Of a stretch of 64,000 bases of DNA, positions 8,836-19,281 are shown piece by piece. The stretch is from positions 124,001 through 188,000 of the forward strand of contig JAHDYR010000064.1 in NCBI GenBank assembly GCA_019828565.1. Reading direction: 5' to 3'. The stretch's first letter is position 1. Every line of letters starts with the position of its first letter. The position numbers and the translations under genes were made by a program. The notes beneath the pieces were generated by a model. It was given only the letters and a program-made list of their open reading frames with translations, ran no database searches and was not told where the DNA came from. Origin of the DNA: Carpediemonas membranifera BICM. Its lineage: Eukaryota; Protista; Fornicata.

Positions 8836-9200
8836 GTATCCCGCCATCATATAATAAAAATTTTCTCTTCAGAAATTATTTCTCTGGTCTCCTGTGCCTC
8901 CAAGCATGCCATTGATGCCCATCTCTCAGGCACATATTTTCACAGCCTGATAGTCATTCTTTGTGCGCGGTTTTGGCCATTTCCATTCGCCGGCATTTTC
9001 TCACTCTCTCCGGCCAATTCTTCGATAGTCTTCGATATATCGATCTTATTAACCATTAGTGACAATCTGCTGCGGTTTCTCCTTTCTCCCGCCTTCTCTT
9101 CTGCTCTCTATCATATCTTTAACTCTTACATGGCCTATTGTACAGTCTAATGGGGCCTTATGCAATCATATTCTATGTATTATCCGTCTTTCTCGTCCTT

Positions 9201-10400
9201 CTACACCCAAGCGCTCGTGGAGAGGCGCACGGCTTCACTGACGTAGGTCTGCATCGAGTCGAGCTGTTTCCAGCCCCCGATTGCTTGGATCACTGCTGGG
9301 GCTACACCTAGCTTCATCATGTGGACTGCGCCTCCTCTCCGGAATGAGTGGCCCGACGCGCGCAGCACCTCCTCTAGGTCCATGGACATCTCCCATCTTC
9401 TCCAAGGGTGGTCTCTGTTCATCAGGGAGGACCTGTTGTCCTTGATCAGCGCGTCCCTGGCCTCGAATGAGCGCCACAGGGGTCCTTCATCTGGGAGGTT
9501 TTCCATATGTCTCGCAAGCCAGTCTGCCGGGTTGTCGTCTCCGGGGACGTTAGGGACCAGCTTTAGCATGGGTTCATCCGATGTCTTGGAGCGTCGTATG
9601 GTGATGGTGATGTCCCTGCCGTGTCGTTCGACGTCTGATGTTGAGAGCCCCCGTATCTCCCCCGACCGAGATATTGTCGCGAACCCGACCAGCCCGAAAG
9701 CTATTGCTTGAGTCAATGCTGGTGTGGCGCTCTTGCCTGCTTGCACCGCGGCCTGTGACAGGGTCTCCCTGGCTATTGGCCATGCTTTCCCCTGTTCGAC
9801 GCTGGCTTGACGTTGGGCACCTTCCAGCCAATCTGCCACAAGCCTTGATCAGGGGCCCGGTGGAGTGGTGGGCATTCTATGGGTTCGCCCAATGCGGTCA
9901 TTCCATCTCTGATGTTTGCCTCCTTCGTTAGCAGTGAGTCTTTGGCGAGGAAGGGCACCTCCCCTATAATGAACCATAGCAGTGTGTCGTCATCATCCCC
10001 CGCGATTGCCACCTCCTCGAACTCTTGCACCCACTTCTGGTCATGGATTTTCTCGTGGGCTTGTCGTACGATCTCCCATGCAGCTTCCCGTGGGGTTGGT
10101 GCCGGGTCGTCATTTTGTCCGAGGTAGGCCTCGAAGTCCGAGTCATCTGGTTCTCTGGTCATGTTGCGGAAGAATGTGAACTTTGCGGTCTCTGTTGCAA
10201 TTCGATCACGCGTCACCTTCTCGAGGCGGAGCAGGAGCGGGCTGGACGCGACCTTTCTCTCGACGTCCTCGTTCTTAGGACGGCTAGCCCGGGACCATAT
10301 TATCTGCGTTCTGGTTCTGTCGGGTGTCACGCCTGCGGCTCTTAGTGCTCGGTGTCGCGCTTGCACTGCTGATGCTGATAGGAAGATTCCGAGGCTGACG
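9201..10400 (-). CDS. Tyrosine recombinase (catalytic domain 9201-9839; N-terminal part in another frame, frameshift near 9845-9850; start uncertain)
   Basis: Catalytic set SRSGE (R), SKT (K), GHSFRRG (H-x-x-R), GGW, MQTY (Y). Confidence 0.85.
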
Positions 10401-12346
10401 TCATCACCGGGACCCAGTACGCCCTGAAGGGAATGTGTGTCTTGCCCTCGAACAGTACCGCCAACTCCGTGTCTGCCCACCAGTGGGCTGGTAGCGATGC
10501 GTTGACTGTCTCCTGTGCGACTCGGATAAGGCGCAAGTCGATGTTCGTCTGCCTGACTGGGGCGATAACTAGGATTCCTGACTGTTGTTGACTGGGATGT
10601 CTCTCTTCTCGTTGGTCTACGATTGCCTCCAGTCGTTCGGCCACTCGGTCGAGCATGGCCACCGGGGGGACCGCCACTGACCGGCACTCTGTCCAGTTCG
10701 CTGTGAACGCGTCTCTGCAGTAGTCGTAGTCCTGGGGTAAGAACCTTTCGGCCGCGAACAGCGCTCGGTCCACTGCTCCCCACCTCTCTATCGCAGCTGC
10801 CAGCAGGGCCGCTGGCATGGCCCAATCGAGCTTCTTGTACCTCGACAGAGCATCGGCCGTTGTGTTGAATACACCTGCGATATGTTTGACTCTCAAGCGG
10901 CAACCGTTGGCATGCAGGAAGTCGTGTAGGTCGGCGATCTCCCGGCGAATGTGGGCTGGGGCCTTCGTCGAACTCTTCGCAACCCACGCGAGTGACGAGG
11001 TGTTGTCTCCCGCGATCAGGACATCTCTGTCTCGGATCACATGTGCCCAGTGTCGCAGCGCCGTGGTTATGGCCCTCGTCTCTTTGCAGTTGATCGACTT
11101 GTGTATGAATGACTGCTTGAACCGGCCCTGGATCTCCATCCTCTCGCTGTCTGTCCATATTGTCGCGCCGTAAGCTACGTCCGAGGCGTCTGTCTCGACC
11201 CTGATCTCCGGTCGCGGTGACCCCTGCATTGCGTACTGCGGGTCTGTCGCGATCACACGCGCCCACCATCTGAGGTCTGTGCGGGCGTCTCGGGGCATGG
11301 AGGCTCTCGTAAATCGCTGACTCGGCGCAGTCACCATTAACTGGAGTTCTCTCAGTCGAGGAAGCGTTCTTGCTCCTACTGCGAATCTGGCGAAAAGGAG
11401 TTTGCCAATGAGTCGCTGGAGTTCTATCTTCGTTGTTCTTCGTTCTTTGAGCACCTGATCGATCATTCTTCTCAGCTCCACGCGCTTGTCGTTCGGAAGA
11501 GACATTGTGTTCTTGCGCGTATCGATAACTATTCCCAGGTACTCGATTCGTCGTGTCGGTGTAAGAACGCACTTGTTTCTCGAGATTATCATTCCTAGCC
11601 GCTCCATTATCTTCAGGACTTCGGGCATCTTTCGTGCTAGCTCTTGCTGTGATGGGTCGGCGAACAACAGGTCGTCTAGGTAGACGAACACTGTGAGAGA
11701 GCTCTCGGCGGATGATCTTCGCCGCCTGCGCCGTGATCGATTGAAATGCTTCCGGGGCCGTGTTGAGGCCGAAAGGAAGCGCGTTCCAGCGGTACGTGTT
11801 CCCTTCGTGCTGGAAGCCTAGCCATTTCCGACCCGTCTGTTCGACCAGGACTTGGTAATATCCGCTCTTCAGGTCCACGCTGGCGAGCCACGCCCCCTTG
11901 GTCAGTGCATTCGCTATCTCGGTCAATCCCTTCAGTCGGAATCGCCTGGTTGTCTGGTACCAGTTCACCGGCCTCAGGTCGTGGATGAGGCGCCAGTCTA
12001 TGTGGTTCTTCTTCAGCGTCATGAAGATTGGGCAGACTTGCGCTACCTCTGTCGGTGCACACTGCTCCACTGCTTGCAGCTCCATTAGCTCGTTGATTGT
12101 GTCTGTGATCGGGCCCTGTGACCCGTTGGGCGACGAGTTCGTCGTCTGCCCGTCCTGTACTGGGACTCCCTGCCGGAGTAAGTCCACGACGCTCGTGCTG
12201 GCCCCCATGGCCTCCCACTCTTTCCACGCTCGACTCATTGAGCCAACCACGTGTGTCCGTTGACCTGGACCAGAGACGGGCTGAGCGTCGGACAATAGGT
12301 GCCATGTGTCCTGGCTTGTTTCGCTTCTTGCTTGCTCTTGTGACAT
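10342..12346 (-). CDS. pol: DIRS-type Pol: RT + RNase H + Dam-like methyltransferase domain; frameshift near 11695-11705
   Basis: WRLIHDLR, VDLKSGY, LPFGL in one frame; VYLDDLL, YLGI, TDAS, INCKE, DN, N.TADALSR and LFAA...DAFTANW...VPP...LVIAP in the next frame. Confidence 0.88.
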
Positions 12347-12415
12347 TCTTCTCTGTATTCAAAACGTAGACGGTGCCTTTTTATATCTGAGGATGGCATA
12401 ACCTCACTTGGGCAA

Positions 12416-12934
12416 CTACTGCTGCCCCGGGGCCGCATTGCGGTTGCCCGAGGCTTTCTGGAATCTGTGGTTGTTGTATCCGTGGTTTCGGAAGGGACGC
12501 TTGGCGAACCGGTGTGATGTGTGAGCCCGCGTGGCAGGGATGGCCTTCTTGGCCTTGGCGGCGACCTTGACGAGGTCCTTGACGTTGGATATGTCCTCGG
12601 CGGTGACGATAAAGTAGGCGGCCGCTTCTTCGTTGGCAGAGTCGAGGACTCGGAGGAACTCGAGGCGCTTTTCAACGGCAAGATTAATGGCTGTGGTTAT
12701 GTCAGCAATCGTCTCCTTGCTGGGGTCAGCCAGGATTGACTTGATTTCTCCATGTAGGGCGCGCAGGTGTTGGAATTCTTTGAGCACTGCTGGGATTTTG
12801 GTGGGTTTGCGTACATCCTCAGCATTCGTGCGGACATCGTCAAGATTCTCGCTCAGTGATGCTATTGTAGCAGCCTGTGACCGCACCAGGGCCTCCAGGC
12901 TCTCCAGTGTCACGGGGGGCTGTGCGTCGCCCAT
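12416..12934 (-). CDS. gag: Gag-like ORF1 of the YR retroelement
   Basis: First ORF of the element; ATG (MGDAQPP) lies within repeat A1; coiled-coil N-terminus and basic C-terminus. Confidence 0.7.
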   Translation of the reverse strand: MGDAQPPVTLESLEALVRSQAATIASLSENLDDVRTNAEDVRKPTKIPAVLKEFQHLRALHGEIKSILADPSKETIADITTAINLAVEKRLEFLRVLDSANEEAAAYFIVTAEDISNVKDLVKVAAKAKKAIPATRAHTSHRFAKRPFRNHGYNNHRFQKASGNRNAAPGQQ

Positions 12935-13126
12935 CTTCTCGGAACTACCGGGGAATGGGGTTTTAACCCCTTGGTAAAATTGGTCTGAACTGGACCGTAG
13001 ATTTGATTCGAATATTTGGTCAATATTCGATCTCTCTCGAATATTTGTACCAGATGGCCGGTAGTCCATCTGGGCCTGTACCACGCCCCGAGGCGTACTT
13101 ACGCATCGCGTCTACGACGGTATGCC
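12892..13126 (-). repeat. Split direct repeat A1 (5' terminus)
   Basis: 235 bp matching 8564-8798; contains several hairpins (tcgaatatt/aatattcga; ccagatgg/ccatctgg; ggggtt/aacccc). Confidence 0.9.
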
Positions 13127-13128
13127 AT

Positions 13129-13201
13129 CCGATCATAGCTCAGTTGGCAGAGCATGGGACTGTAGATCCTGGGGTCGCTGGTTCAAATCCGGCTGATCGG
13201 A
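13129..13201 (+). tRNA. tRNA-Tyr (GTA), intronless
   Basis: Acceptor CCGATCA/TGATCGG + A discriminator, A-box TAGCTCAGTTGG, anticodon loop CTGTAGA, T-loop GTTCAAATC. Confidence 0.95.
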
Positions 13202-13202
13202 G

Positions 13203-13207
13203 TTTTT
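13203..13207 (+). terminator. Pol III terminator (T5)
   Basis: TTTTT 2 nt after the tRNA 3' end. Confidence 0.75.
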
Positions 13208-13720
13208 GTCATCAACCTTAAACTGCTCGTGGCTAAACTGCGTTACTCATTTAATCGAAATGAGACGGAACCCCCCGTCAAACTTCTCCAGCGGACTATA
13301 CTCTGTTGGTAATACGTGCCTTCTTGCCCTAGATGACTGGATATTCAGACAGTGAGGCGGACAATGAGCGAGCTGACATCGTTTGCCCAGCATGGCTCCG
13401 ATTGAACATACAATCTATCAAATTTCCACGCGTTGTTGACAGCTTGGTAATAAGGTACTAGGCGTATGCCAAGAATCTCGCTCAGCTACTGCGGTCGACG
13501 TGGCGATTTCGTTCTGTGGCATGACTCAACCCGCCACAGTCATAGCCGATAAAATCAGCCCGACCCACCTTGATCGCTGCCGACGATACTTATAGCACTC
13601 ATCTGACTCACCACACTCAATATCATTGACACCGACTGCATTGTCTGAACTCATGAAAGCGATGGCCCAAACTCACGAGGACGGCTGTGAACCACGGCCA
13701 GCCCCGTCATTTATTTCGAC

Positions 13721-16700
13721 TCAGATAACAGATGTAGGAAGCGGGACGTTACTAACAACGGCGTACTCCTCGCCGTATTCAGTGTCCCGCCTTGCATGAG
13801 TGATGCAGCTGCAAACTCTACAACCAAACAGCTCCCAGCCTTGCTTGACCCCGACCATATGTGCCGCCATCCCACTTGTGGAGATCGTCGTGATAAGCTC
13901 GGTGGATCTCACCCAGTTGGAGGTGACCTCATTGCCGAACGTCCAAAGTAGCGTGTCACAGGGCCAACCGTATAGCACCGTAAGCTTCTTGATGTACGCC
14001 GAGCAGGAAAGCGTCGGACATGCTGATGGCTCTCCCGTACACGAGCAGCTTAAGACGGGCGATGGATCATGGACAACGAAGAACACCTTGCCGCAAAGAC
14101 ATTGGAACTTCGCATCTCCATGGGTGTTGTTGTGATCTGCCCGAGCACGCTGGTGGTCCCAGAGGAGGAGGAACCGAGTGATGGGCGGTGAGGGGAAGAC
14201 TGTCAGCCGAAGCCGGCGGAGTTGAAGCATGGCGTGGTAGGCGCTGTAGCTCTTGGTGTCCATCAGATAGGCCATAGCGAGGGCTGCGGCCATCGAGGGC
14301 TGGTCGACTCGACCGTAGAGTAAGGTTCGACCCGACCGGGCAAGACCACCTCTGATAAAGTCGAAGACATCCTCTAGAGCCAGGATATAGCCCTGCTTGG
14401 CGGTTCCCACAGTGTTAAAAGTGTGCACAAAGTCACGCTCAAAGCGTTCACCCTGGAGCACGATGCCTGACGGTCCATCAACTGGCCTTAGGTCCATGAT
14501 CCCGTTCGCCAGCTGTCTAAACAGCGGAGACAGCTCATGGTGGAGGATGTCTTGGCACGGGTTTGGTTCAGTCGAGCAGTTTATGCACCGAGTCACCCCT
14601 AAACTGCGGAGAAAGTCGGCGTCTGTGGCCATGGAAATATCGGCGATACAGAGGTGCGGGGTGACGTGAGTGACTATGTGGCTGTACGATAGCTTGAGGT
14701 TGTCTGGGTGGTCTGGGTTCCTATCTCGGGAGGGGCGGGGAAGTCCGTAAGGAATGGGGATGTCCACGTCGAGCACGTATGAAGGGAGTTGGAGCTCGCC
14801 GATGAGAGTGTTAGTCATCCTTGCGAGCTCTGTGATGGGCGGACGTTGTGTGGGCGATCGAACGAGCACAGCGCGTAGGAACTGCTCGATCGCGGGACAC
14901 GTACTGATCTTCGCGAGTTTGTCGGGTGGCAATACGTCGTCAGTGCCAGTTACTCGGATATAGAACCTGACCCAGTCGTCATCGTAGTACAGGTACTCGC
15001 AGGTTAGGAGCTCGAAGAGGAGGCACGCAAGGCTCCAGACGTCGGCGGGCTGACCGGCCCCAGCCTTGCGGCGGCGGTCGAAGTTTGTCCGTTTCTTGGA
15101 TGCACCAAGCATCTCGGGAGCCTTGATGTACTCCGTGCCGCGGTTTCTCGTCGTAATACCGTCCTCTTCCTCGGTAAAAAGCTTAGACTCGCCAAAGTCG
15201 CCTACTGCCACACTGAATGGGAGGTCGACCGTTGGCCGATCGTCCATTAGAATGTTGTCGCACTTGAGATCAAAGTGGTTGACACCGCGAAGGGCGAGCT
15301 CGCGGCAGGCTTTGATGATGTCGCGATAAGTCATCAGATACAGTAAAAGATCTGGCATAAAATTCGGATCGCGTTTCTCACGCCAGGATCTGACAGAAGA
15401 TGCGTATCTTCTCATAACCACCCAATATCTATCCAATGTCACACCATAATCGTAGAGCTGACACACTGACTTGGACCCTCGGAATGTCTCCATGATCGCA
15501 ATCTCACTAAATATATCGTGTAGCACAGATCTCTCATAAATAGATTCAGGCATCTCCATCAGCTTCACGGCGACTTCGCTCGGGTTCGCAACCACAAGCG
15601 TAGGATCGTCATTGAACGGCCGCACATCTGCGACGTACACTGAGCCGTATGCGCCTTCCCCAATGAGCCGCATCGAGTGGTAAGCTGCGGGGGAGAAAAG
15701 CTGTCTGCACAAGAGTTTGAGGAGCCTGACCTGCCCCGGCCCGCCTTGCTGGGCCCGATCGAGAAGCTCGGGGAGAATATCAGCGTTGGCGTCGTTATTG
15801 AGATGATGGTGTAGTAAATGAGGAATGTTGATGCCGAGATTATCCATCGGGAACTGTGTGGTGTAGGAAGACTCAAGGGTGCCTGTCTTAGTGACAAGAC
15901 AAGTAAGAACCATGTCAAGGATTGTGACATGGAGTCTGGAGTCACTGTAGACGCGTCTGTAGCCCCTGAGGCGGGTGTACTCGGCCGTACGGCTGGCCTC
16001 GTCTTCTGTCTTGGCCTTATCCTGCTCGGAATCGCCCAGAGTTGAGTCGGTGGAGTCGGGCCGGGTCTGATTGGGTTCAGTGACGTTATCCTGCCCCTTC
16101 TGAGCGACTCTGTTGAGGTCGAGAGTGAGAGACATCGGCGACCCGCCAAAGTCGGGGGTTGAGTCGGAGCCTCCCTTCTTGGGGACGAGTCCGAGGTCTA
16201 GAGTCAGCCCCAGGCCGGGCAGAGGGCTCGAGGATGGTGCGGAATCGTCCTCATCATCTGATGATATGACCGGTGTGACTTGGAGCGAGTCAAGACCGTC
16301 GCCCTCGCCTTTCCTCGGGACCGTTGAGAGGTTGAGAGAAAGCGTGGGCGGGGGCACCGCGAGCTCCATCGCTGCGGCGAGCGGAGAATTGACTCCCTGG
16401 ACGTTGGCCTTGGGTCGAGCCCCGCCGCTGTCACAACGCCGGCTCCGCTCGCCCGCTTCTTTCTTGGCACGGGCTCGTGCGGCCATCTTGCGGCTTCCCA
16501 TGGTGTCCTTTCGTAGACAATCGTGTTCGAGGCCACATTCTCGCACCAAGAACTCGACCACGCGGAGCTGCTTGAACCGGGACTTTGCAGCGGGCACATG
16601 GTGCCGGGCGATCGCCAGTAGAACTGATAAATGAGCGGTAATCAATTGATTAACGGCGGAGCTCGGGTCGACTGAAGTGTAGAGTTGGACGAAAAGAAGA

Positions 16701-19102
16701 TAGTGGTGGGTGACGTAAAAGTCAATAAACGCTCGGTCTTCCAACAACGGCGAATCTGGCACAGAGAACAGCTTGCAAATGGCCCTACAGCAACTTGTCT
16801 TGACTTCTACATTCGACGCAGCGAGGCCCGTCATCAGCGTCTGGGCCAAAATACCCGTCTTCGGCGCCACTATCGCGTCGAGCCTGTGCAATGGATGCTC
16901 GTTCCATGCAAACGTGTGCGTCCGTCTCTGGCCGAGCTTCCTGGCTGGAGGAACGGAGAATGAGCCGAGGAACTCCCGCCTGCCGAACCTAACAGAGCTC
17001 TGGTAGTTTGGGGGGACTTCTCCAGCGATCAGGCCGGTCATGATCAGGGGGTGGCCTGCATCTCGCTTGACATAACGGGTAATGAGCGTGCAGACAGCGT
17101 CCACGTGAAGTGCAGCACGGACTCGGAAAGCTGAGAGAGCGTGGAGAGCTTCAGACCTTGTAGGGAAAAAAGACACGATCTCCTCTTGAAGTCTTGAGTT
17201 CAGCAGGATCATTCGGGTGTAACTCTCTAGCCAATCAAGCGTCGCGGCATCCAGGAGGGCCGTAAGAAGGAGAATGTCACCCCGAGTCTGTCTGTTCCGG
17301 TAGCAAACGATGTCTATAACCTCAAGTAATCTGTGGCAAATGAGGATATATAAATGACGCGACGTGGCCGCCCGACCCCGTGTTGAGACGAAGCTCAGCG
17401 TGGCTAAAAGGCCGGGAACCGAGTCCTCAAAGACGGTTCCGATCAGAACGCGGGTGTGGCATCGATCAATGTAGCCAAGCAACATGGTGACAAACGCGGC
17501 ACCGTCTTCGAGCATCGAGAGTGATGGGGATTTGGCAGAGAAGATCGTGACCAGACGCTCGCCTACTGTGAACGCAAAGGTGTCCTTGCGACGGCGAATC
17601 TGGTCTACTCGCTTGGGGTGGACCATCGAATCAAAACCAAATCTTGCCCATATCCCGAAAAAAGATTCAGTCTCGAGGGCGTATTTCTGGAGAACCATAA
17701 ACGACGCAGTGACGACAGTCTGCCTCAGCAGCGGAGTGGGCGTCCTCGAGGCCAGATAAAGCTCAGCCACAAGTGCTCCGGTAAAGTTTGGCAGGTACAG
17801 CGACGCCTGCCTCCCCTCGAGGCCCTTGGAGATACAGAGCAGGAGGAACACGCGACACCGCGTCCTGACGTCTCTGAGCGACCCTACTGCTGCCGAATTG
17901 ATGATCTCCATCCCCTCGTGTTCAATGACCAGCGGCACCTCAGTATCTCTCTCGGCTCTGCCCCACAGCGTGCCCAGTGGGTCACCCTGATCCTTAGATA
18001 AATACTCCGCGGCCGAGACCATGGACGGTGCGACGAACGAACGTCCGCCGAGTCCTGCGGCTTGAACGTGGCGTCGGAGGTCGACTACGATGGACAGGTC
18101 CCGTGACATGACAGACTCGCCGAGTCTACGAGCAAGGTCGTTGAATACGTTCCTGTTCTTGTGTCCTCGACCCTTGCCTGCTTCCTCGCGGTCGGCCTCG
18201 CGGCGGCGTTGGGCTCGTGTAGGAACGAAGGCGGGAAGGGCGTTGAGGTTGAGCAGTGGGACGTTCGGAGGCCTACGCTGGGTGCTCTGGGCATTCCTCC
18301 GCTTGGTAGCGAGTGGTCTATTAAGCCTAGCACGTCCCCCACTGCGTCGTCCGGCCATCATGCTGCGCCCACTATCGCCACGACCTGACCCAGCCCGGTA
18401 CTGCGAGCTGGAGTCATTGAATGTGCCCAGGACCCTCTCAAGGGCTGGAACCATTCGTGCTACGGGTGGAGAGTCCAGCATGTCGTTCGTGGGAGAGTCG
18501 GGTGACTCGAATAATGACTTCACACCTGCTGACACTGCCCGCTCGCTGTTTCTACTCCCTGAAAAGTTCCTCTCGTGCTTCCCAATGCCTTCTGGCTGCA
18601 GTTCAACAAATAGATCACCTTCGCGATCATCCATAAAATCGGGAGCTTCGGTCGGAGCGTCAGAGAGAACCGAATAACCTGATAAAATGGACGCTCCTGA
18701 AGCAGCACTTCCGGGACGACCCTCATCTGAGTCATCATCATAGCGCATGGAGGCGCCAGAGCCGAGAGACATTTGGCTAAAGGTGGTTCGGGCGCTATTC
18801 AGAACAGCTGCTGGCTCATTTGAGTTCGCTTCGAATGCTGCAAAGTGGACTAATGGGTGTAATTGGTGATATATGGCTACAAGACGTCGCAGGCCGTTAT
18901 TGTCGGCAAAGTAGTCGCAGTTTTCCTGTGAATTCGCTATAATGGCATAAAGCATTTGATATTGACGAGAATACGTTGGATTAGACTCAATTCCTGCTAA
19001 TATATTGTCAGTTGGAAGCGTTGGCATCCGAATGCAGGTTTTCAAGCATAAAATGCACTTTAGATAAGCCAGCCTGCATGGACTCTTCTCCAGGTCTCTC
19101 AT
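13721..19102 (-). CDS. Large Ser/Thr protein kinase with a C-terminal degenerate dual-specificity-phosphatase-like domain and Cys-rich tail
   Basis: GEGAYG, VAVK, HFDLKCDN, DFG, APE, DVWS; then LRSLGVTRCINCS...AALAMAYLM...LRRLR. Confidence 0.85.
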   Translation of the reverse strand: MRDLEKSPCRLAYLKCILCLKTCIRMPTLPTDNILAGIESNPTYSRQYQMLYAIIANSQENCDYFADNNGLRRLVAIYHQLHPLVHFAAFEANSNEPAAVLNSARTTFSQMSLGSGASMRYDDDSDEGRPGSAASGASILSGYSVLSDAPTEAPDFMDDREGDLFVELQPEGIGKHERNFSGSRNSERAVSAGVKSLFESPDSPTNDMLDSPPVARMVPALERVLGTFNDSSSQYRAGSGRGDSGRSMMAGRRSGGRARLNRPLATKRRNAQSTQRRPPNVPLLNLNALPAFVPTRAQRRREADREEAGKGRGHKNRNVFNDLARRLGESVMSRDLSIVVDLRRHVQAAGLGGRSFVAPSMVSAAEYLSKDQGDPLGTLWGRAERDTEVPLVIEHEGMEIINSAAVGSLRDVRTRCRVFLLLCISKGLEGRQASLYLPNFTGALVAELYLASRTPTPLLRQTVVTASFMVLQKYALETESFFGIWARFGFDSMVHPKRVDQIRRRKDTFAFTVGERLVTIFSAKSPSLSMLEDGAAFVTMLLGYIDRCHTRVLIGTVFEDSVPGLLATLSFVSTRGRAATSRHLYILICHRLLEVIDIVCYRNRQTRGDILLLTALLDAATLDWLESYTRMILLNSRLQEEIVSFFPTRSEALHALSAFRVRAALHVDAVCTLITRYVKRDAGHPLIMTGLIAGEVPPNYQSSVRFGRREFLGSFSVPPARKLGQRRTHTFAWNEHPLHRLDAIVAPKTGILAQTLMTGLAASNVEVKTSCCRAICKLFSVPDSPLLEDRAFIDFYVTHHYLLFVQLYTSVDPSSAVNQLITAHLSVLLAIARHHVPAAKSRFKQLRVVEFLVRECGLEHDCLRKDTMGSRKMAARARAKKEAGERSRRCDSGGARPKANVQGVNSPLAAAMELAVPPPTLSLNLSTVPRKGEGDGLDSLQVTPVISSDDEDDSAPSSSPLPGLGLTLDLGLVPKKGGSDSTPDFGGSPMSLTLDLNRVAQKGQDNVTEPNQTRPDSTDSTLGDSEQDKAKTEDEASRTAEYTRLRGYRRVYSDSRLHVTILDMVLTCLVTKTGTLESSYTTQFPMDNLGINIPHLLHHHLNNDANADILPELLDRAQQGGPGQVRLLKLLCRQLFSPAAYHSMRLIGEGAYGSVYVADVRPFNDDPTLVVANPSEVAVKLMEMPESIYERSVLHDIFSEIAIMETFRGSKSVCQLYDYGVTLDRYWVVMRRYASSVRSWREKRDPNFMPDLLLYLMTYRDIIKACRELALRGVNHFDLKCDNILMDDRPTVDLPFSVAVGDFGESKLFTEEEDGITTRNRGTEYIKAPEMLGASKKRTNFDRRRKAGAGQPADVWSLACLLFELLTCEYLYYDDDWVRFYIRVTGTDDVLPPDKLAKISTCPAIEQFLRAVLVRSPTQRPPITELARMTNTLIGELQLPSYVLDVDIPIPYGLPRPSRDRNPDHPDNLKLSYSHIVTHVTPHLCIADISMATDADFLRSLGVTRCINCSTEPNPCQDILHHELSPLFRQLANGIMDLRPVDGPSGIVLQGERFERDFVHTFNTVGTAKQGYILALEDVFDFIRGGLARSGRTLLYGRVDQPSMAAALAMAYLMDTKSYSAYHAMLQLRRLRLTVFPSPPITRFLLLWDHQRARADHNNTHGDAKFQCLCGKVFFVVHDPSPVLSCSCTGEPSACPTLSCSAYIKKLTVLYGWPCDTLLWTFGNEVTSNWVRSTELITTISTSGMAAHMVGVKQGWELFGCRVCSCITHARRDTEYGEEYAVVSNVPLPTSVI

Positions 19103-19281
19103 GGGTGGATATCTTACTGGAGACCCATCCGATCCCCAGCCCGCATCACGCGCATTTTATCAGTTAGCAAGAGGCTCAGCGTGAAGAAGGCGTTGTGAGA
19201 GGTTTCTTTGACGTTTCAACAGAAAATTAGTAGAATATCTTCTGGTAACACTCAACTCTTCCATCTTTTCCGCTTTGAGAC

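Larger units (their letters stand above)
8483..13126 (-). mobile_element. PAT/DIRS-like tyrosine-recombinase retrotransposon with split direct repeats (A1-gag-pol-YR-B1-A2-B2)
   Basis: A repeats 235 bp (12892-13126 = 8564-8798); B repeats 38 bp (8798-8835 = 8483-8520); RT, RNase H, Dam-like MT and YR motifs. Confidence 0.92.

Noticed and set aside
9773-12346. 857-aa ORF as a single protein
   Set aside because: Chimera of the RT N-terminus and the overlapping YR frame caused by the CT slip
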